From NCBI GenBank assembly GCA_029855935.1, contig JAGSHN010000023.1, positions 71,516 through 135,515 on the forward strand: DNA of 64,000 bases. The letters run 5' to 3'. Position numbers and translations under genes: made by a program. This stretch comes from Candidatus Thorarchaeota archaeon. GTDB taxonomy: Archaea > Asgardarchaeota > Thorarchaeia > Thorarchaeales > Thorarchaeaceae. Below the pieces are notes generated by a model that saw only the letters and a program-made list of their open reading frames with translations, searched no databases and was not told the DNA's origin. Shown here piece after piece: positions 60,130-64,000 of this stretch (positions are counted from its first letter, which is position 1; the number at the start of each line of letters is the position of its first letter).

Positions 60130-60492
60130 CTATTCCACCTCCATTGTTTCAACCAGTTCCTCTATATCGCCCTCGACGTCCTCCTCTTTCTTGAGGAAAT
60201 CCGAGAGCCAACTCGCCCCAGCCTCATAGATTCTGAAGAGGAGAAGATCCCTCACCTCGCTCCACTGTCTCTCATCGGGGAGTATGGCGTCCACAAGCTC
60301 GTCAAAGGTCAGGAGCGGTTGCCCCTTCTTCGCAACAGTGAGCTTGTGCATCCTGAGCAGGACCGTACGGAACTGTCCCAGATACTTTGCACGGTCCAGT
60401 ATCTGAATCAGCTTCAGGGAGTTTTCAGCCTTGCATATCTCTAGGATTCTGTCTGCCACATCCTTGATGGTCTGAATGCGTTCCTCGTCCAT
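60130..60492 (-). CDS. cas11: Putative internally translated Cas11 small subunit
   Basis: GAGGAGGTTGAGAAAT-ATG in frame within cas8, giving a 120-aa helical product MDEERIQ... Confidence 0.6.
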   Translation of the reverse strand: MDEERIQTIKDVADRILEICKAENSLKLIQILDRAKYLGQFRTVLLRMHKLTVAKKGQPLLTFDELVDAILPDERQWSEVRDLLLFRIYEAGASWLSDFLKKEEDVEGDIEELVETMEVE

Positions 60493-61584
60493 ATTTCTCA
60501 ACCTCCTCAGATAGAGTGATACCAGTTCCCAACTACCTATCACGGTCATTCTTTGTCGATCCTCGAAGAAGTACCGAAGAATCGACCTATCTTCTACAAT
60601 CCGGCGATACACCTGATTCTCACGGATGTACGGGGCCTCATTGGGGTCCTCCTCCTTCCTCACGACGAATCCCTTTGCGACAACGCGATCCCACTGACTG
60701 GCCAGTCCACTGCGCTGAACGGCTATGAGATAGTCTACCACAGCCGACGGGATATCGTAGAACTCAAGAATGGGGTTTCGACCATCAGAGGAGAACGTGT
60801 AGAACCTCAATGGCACTATGAGCCTATCGAGGGGCATCACTTGTACATCGGGGTCCTGAACAATCTCCGTGAGAGCCGAAAATATCGCATTCAGTGTCGC
60901 GCCAGCCTTGTACCCCATATCAACAATGCCAGGTTCCTTTGCAGCGGCGATCCTCAGGGCCTCTGTGGTATTTCGTTTCGCGTATGCTAGGAGTATCTCC
61001 CAGCTCACTGTGTGCATTAGCAGCGCCCTGCGGTGCATCGGGCGCGACCTGCGGTATCCCAACTGCATCCTGCCGATCTTCTCTATCGCCAGTGGCATAA
61101 ACTGCACTGCCAAGAGACAGTTCGCGCAGAATGGCTCTCCCGTGCTCCACGCCGCAAAGAAATTGGCCATCGGCTGTGAGCCGAGAAGGGGAACCATCGT
61201 CTTGTCAACGCGCTGCCCATCTCTCCGGCCACATGCAACACAACTACCACTACTATGCGGCGGGCTGAGCGAATCGAGCAGCCCGTCAAGGAGCTTCCTG
61301 TACTCTGCCTTGCGATTCCTGATTGAGGGATTGCCCAGTTTCGAGTTCGGAAATATCATCCCTTGAAAGACCCTTGTCCAGTTCTCGTGGCAATATACGT
61401 CCACGAGCCATGGAATCTTCTTCTCAATGGCCGCTCGTGTCACCTTCCCCGGATGGTCAACATTCAGCAGACTGCACATTGCTGCGAGGCCCGAGTCGAC
61501 AAAGGGGTTTCCAGTCACCGAGAAGAGCGGGCCTGCGCCTGCCTTACCCCCAGCCTCCGACTTCTTCTCACCCCGCATCGTCAT
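60130..61584 (-). CDS. cas8b: Cas8b (Cst1/CXXC-CXXC type) large subunit
   Basis: TGNPFVDSG, FPNS, CVACG, PLLGS..NFF, FCANC, W.EVRDLLL. Confidence 0.88.
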   Translation of the reverse strand: MTMRGEKKSEAGGKAGAGPLFSVTGNPFVDSGLAAMCSLLNVDHPGKVTRAAIEKKIPWLVDVYCHENWTRVFQGMIFPNSKLGNPSIRNRKAEYRKLLDGLLDSLSPPHSSGSCVACGRRDGQRVDKTMVPLLGSQPMANFFAAWSTGEPFCANCLLAVQFMPLAIEKIGRMQLGYRRSRPMHRRALLMHTVSWEILLAYAKRNTTEALRIAAAKEPGIVDMGYKAGATLNAIFSALTEIVQDPDVQVMPLDRLIVPLRFYTFSSDGRNPILEFYDIPSAVVDYLIAVQRSGLASQWDRVVAKGFVVRKEEDPNEAPYIRENQVYRRIVEDRSILRYFFEDRQRMTVIGSWELVSLYLRRLRNMDEERIQTIKDVADRILEICKAENSLKLIQILDRAKYLGQFRTVLLRMHKLTVAKKGQPLLTFDELVDAILPDERQWSEVRDLLLFRIYEAGASWLSDFLKKEEDVEGDIEELVETMEVE

Positions 61585-61593
61585 AGCCGTGAC

Positions 61594-62349
61594 CTACCTC
61601 GTCCTCCCTCTCCTGCAGGCAATCATCCCGCAGCCCATGGCATTCTTCTCGCCGAGGCCGCAGTCGTAGGCGAACCCGAGTACGTCAGGCGAGCCCTCAA
61701 GCGTGATGTCCATCAGGTGGGCCTTGTGGAACGTGCCCTTGATCTCAATCCGTACGTTCTTGCTCCTCGGGATGTCCACCACCGAGGGTGTCCTCTTCGG
61801 GGGGTGCCCGTAGAACGCAGTGTACTTCTTCACGAGATTGAGCATCAGGCGCTCGGCGTACTCGGGGTCATCAGGCCCCATATCGATGACCCTGGGACCA
61901 GCCGGCGTCTCCTCGTGCCGCCGCAGGACAATTGGCGACAGCGTGGTGAATGTGACCTCTTCGTCCGTAAAGGTAATCCTCCCCGGTGACGACAGACCAA
62001 GCACCGAGAACCGGACACCGCCGAACTCCACGGACTCCGACATCGTGATCCCGTGGGCAAGGATGCGTGCCAGGTGGGCGTCGGGACTGCTGAACCAGAG
62101 GTACGCATCGTTGCTCAAAATCACGAGGCCCTCCGGTGTGGCCCGCCTTCGGGGTGCCTCAAGTCTTGAGAACGTGAAGAACTTGTACCCGCGCCTCGCG
62201 TGCAGCGCGTCGTACTCGGGGCCCCCGGACCTTAGCAGGTCGTAGAGCATCGCGGCTATCCCGTATTGGTACGAGTAGCTCAGCCTCGGCGGCCGCCCGT
62301 TCCTCCTCCACGGTGCAAGTGTCACTCGGAACCTCAACCGTCGCACCAC
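61594..62349 (-). CDS. cas6: Cas6 crRNA-processing endoribonuclease
   Basis: LHARRGYKFFTFS, TLSPI, CGLGEKNAMGCG Gly-rich loop. Confidence 0.93.
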   Translation of the reverse strand: MVRRLRFRVTLAPWRRNGRPPRLSYSYQYGIAAMLYDLLRSGGPEYDALHARRGYKFFTFSRLEAPRRRATPEGLVILSNDAYLWFSSPDAHLARILAHGITMSESVEFGGVRFSVLGLSSPGRITFTDEEVTFTTLSPIVLRRHEETPAGPRVIDMGPDDPEYAERLMLNLVKKYTAFYGHPPKRTPSVVDIPRSKNVRIEIKGTFHKAHLMDITLEGSPDVLGFAYDCGLGEKNAMGCGMIACRRGRTR

Positions 62350-62425
62350 TCAGCAGTGCCTTCCGATATTGGACACACCAATTCGGTGGGACATTTGCCC
62401 GAGTAGGAAAGGGTGGCGTTCTCAG

Positions 62426-62440
62426 GTATAAGGGTTCGTT
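62426..62440 (-). promoter_or_regulatory. BRE/TATA-like promoter of the type I-B operon
   Basis: AACGAACCCTTATAC on the minus strand, the same motif as upstream of alkD. Confidence 0.55.
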
Positions 62441-62592
62441 GTACGCCCTTCGAGGGATTCTTCCGCACTGAAACAACCCTGGCACAGGTTATCGCCGCGC
62501 ACGGGTAACCGACTCCGTCTGAGTAGGGCCGCTGGAGTCCACCCCGTTGCCGTGGGCCGATGACACAGGACACGGTTTGACAGGCTGGCACT

Positions 62593-62697
62593 CACAACTA
62601 CACGTCTCCGGAACTATGTGCACTGAGCAACCATCAACGCCTATTCTTGCGGAAAGGGGGAGGTGCGTGGGATCCGGACCGGCCTTGAGGCTGAGCC
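62593..62697 (+). CRISPR. Degenerate leader copy followed by a degenerate repeat (cryptic or relic mini-array)
   Basis: About 50/69 identity to the leader core by hand alignment; 62667-62697 matches the repeat at ~17/31 positions. Confidence 0.55.
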
Positions 62698-62889
62698 GAG
62701 GCCTGGAGCGCAGAATAACCTCTGGCAACACTGTGAGCGGGATGCCACCGGAACATTCCTGGGACCTTGCAGGTGGAGACAAAAAACCCCAGCACGGAGA
62801 AACGGTCCTTGCCAGTTGCACTGGGGTCACTCCCGAGAGCAGCTCCCCCTGTGACGCCCCCACGGCCGTCGAGATAGCACTCTCCTCGG

Positions 62890-63270
62890 TCAGCTACTTG
62901 ACAGACAACTCCCCCCCAGTGACTACGCTGCGCATCTGTATCCGCCGCCCAACAACACCTATCACGGACAACTCAACTATGCTGGACCGGTAATGTGCTC
63001 TGTATCGCGGCCACCCGTCCTACAGCACGGTGGTCAACGATACGTTTGTGGCCGATAGAGAGTGCAGCTATGGACTGGCGGATCCTACGCTTCGGACAAT
63101 CTCATCAACTCCAACCATTTCGGCCTGAGTGGCCTCTCAAAGAAAGACGGAACAGAGAACTACTGGAACACGATAGGTCACGGCATCTGCTGGTCTGACT
63201 GTAGTGGCATCGGCACACACCAAATCCCGAGGGACGCAGGTTCGGTTGACTGTCACTCCACGGGCTGGGC
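62890..63270 (+). pseudogene. Remnant of a NosD/right-handed beta-helix surface protein C-terminus
   Basis: DNLINSNHFG..DGTENYWNTIGHGICWSDCSGIGTHQIPRDAGSVDCH resembles DNG..N.W....GNYWSDY.G...Y.IPG.AGSVD; upstream frames are broken. Confidence 0.55.
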
Positions 63271-63442
63271 GGCACTATGTCTCATCTTGCCAACAATCGA
63301 TCATCCTGGGGGCATCAGGTGCGAGTTGGGAGCGACCGTGGACTGGCAAGCGTAAGGCCCACCAATATGATCGAGAAGCCGGGTTAGGGACTAGAACAAC
63401 TCAAGGCTAACGTCTGTGCGAGATCCGATGCCATTGGCCTAT

Positions 63443-63552
63443 CTATGTGTATCGCGTCACACCACCGTGCACAACTAGAGGTTTCCAGGACAGGGTGCAC
63501 ACAGCGACCACCATAACGCTTATTTTGGCAAAAATGGGTGAAAATACCTGCG
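63443..63552 (+). promoter_or_regulatory. CRISPR leader 3
   Basis: 110-nt homolog of leaders 1 and 2. Confidence 0.9.
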
Positions 63553-64000
63553 GTTTGAATCGGACTAGAAGTAGGGTTGAAACGCGCCCCACAGAACGGA
63601 CAGTACGACACGTTCGGAGTGTTTGAATCGGACTAGAAGTAGGGTTGAAACGTAGGTCGTCACCACGGGGGGGCCTATGACCTTTCTCAGTTTGAATCGG
63701 ACTAGAAGTAGGGTTGAAACCAGGACAAAGGTGCTACTACGCGAGGCGCTGGACCTGTTTGAATCGGACTAGAAGTAGGGTTGAAACCAGCTCGCGCTCA
63801 ATCACGAGCACGGGCTCTTGAGCACGTTTGAATCGGACTAGAAGTAGGGTTGAAACGACAGTAGGGCAGATGTTCGAGAGAGCAGTGTCTGCAGTTTGAA
63901 TCGGACTAGAAGTAGGGTTGAAACGAATCAAGGAGCCAAGCATAGAAGCAGAGAAGCAGAGTTTGAATCGGACTAGAAGTAGGGTTGAAACGTGATAGTC
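63553..64000 (+). CRISPR. CRISPR array 3 (same repeat as array 2), at least 7 repeats, runs off the window end
   Basis: Repeats at 63553, 63621, 63690, 63757, 63826, 63894 and 63961. Confidence 0.97.

Noticed and set aside
35172-64000. Self-targeting spacers within the window
   Set aside because: No convincing match found by eye. Spacer 63584-63620 encodes CPFCG in antisense but does not match the local CPYCG genes at nucleotide level. A real alignment is needed.
1-64000. tRNA/rRNA genes, transposases, integrases, reverse transcriptase
   Set aside because: No recognisable signatures seen.

Overview
This is an archaeal window of fairly high GC (by eye). It is probably from an Asgard/Thorarchaeia-like organism; that is an inference from the circularly permuted SBP5 with a C-terminal anchor, the TM-PCI-zinc-ribbon proteins, a WD40 protein, tandem-Lrp proteins and BRE/TATA promoters. 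The first ~34.5 kb is a mixed accessory region. It holds transporters (SBP, MscL, TauE, CopA/CopZ), an amidohydrolase, GT4/GH130/GT-C enzymes, three MNT/HEPN toxin-antitoxin modules in different states of decay, pseudogenes, a tandem duplication, and a riboswitch-like RNA ahead of an unannotated 42-aa 4-Cys protein. From 35 to 64 kb lies a large CRISPR island with three arrays, each behind a near-identical 110-nt leader, using two repeat variants. The island carries a complete type III-D operon (HD-less Cas10 with GGDD) and a complete type I-B operon (cas6-8-7-5-3-4-1-2, with a likely hidden internal cas11). It also has an unusually rich cyclic-oligonucleotide sensing cluster: a stand-alone tandem-half SAVED protein with an N-terminal amphipathic helix, an effector-less Csx1-like CARF paralog, a CTG-initiated Csa3 coupled to a large tandem-Lrp regulator, Csx1 with an extra C-terminal CARF, and Can2/Card1. 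Finally, a cryptic degenerate leader plus repeat points away from the cas6 promoter, and a shared operator-like motif sits at three cas promoters. All calls are by-eye motif recognition; no searches were run.
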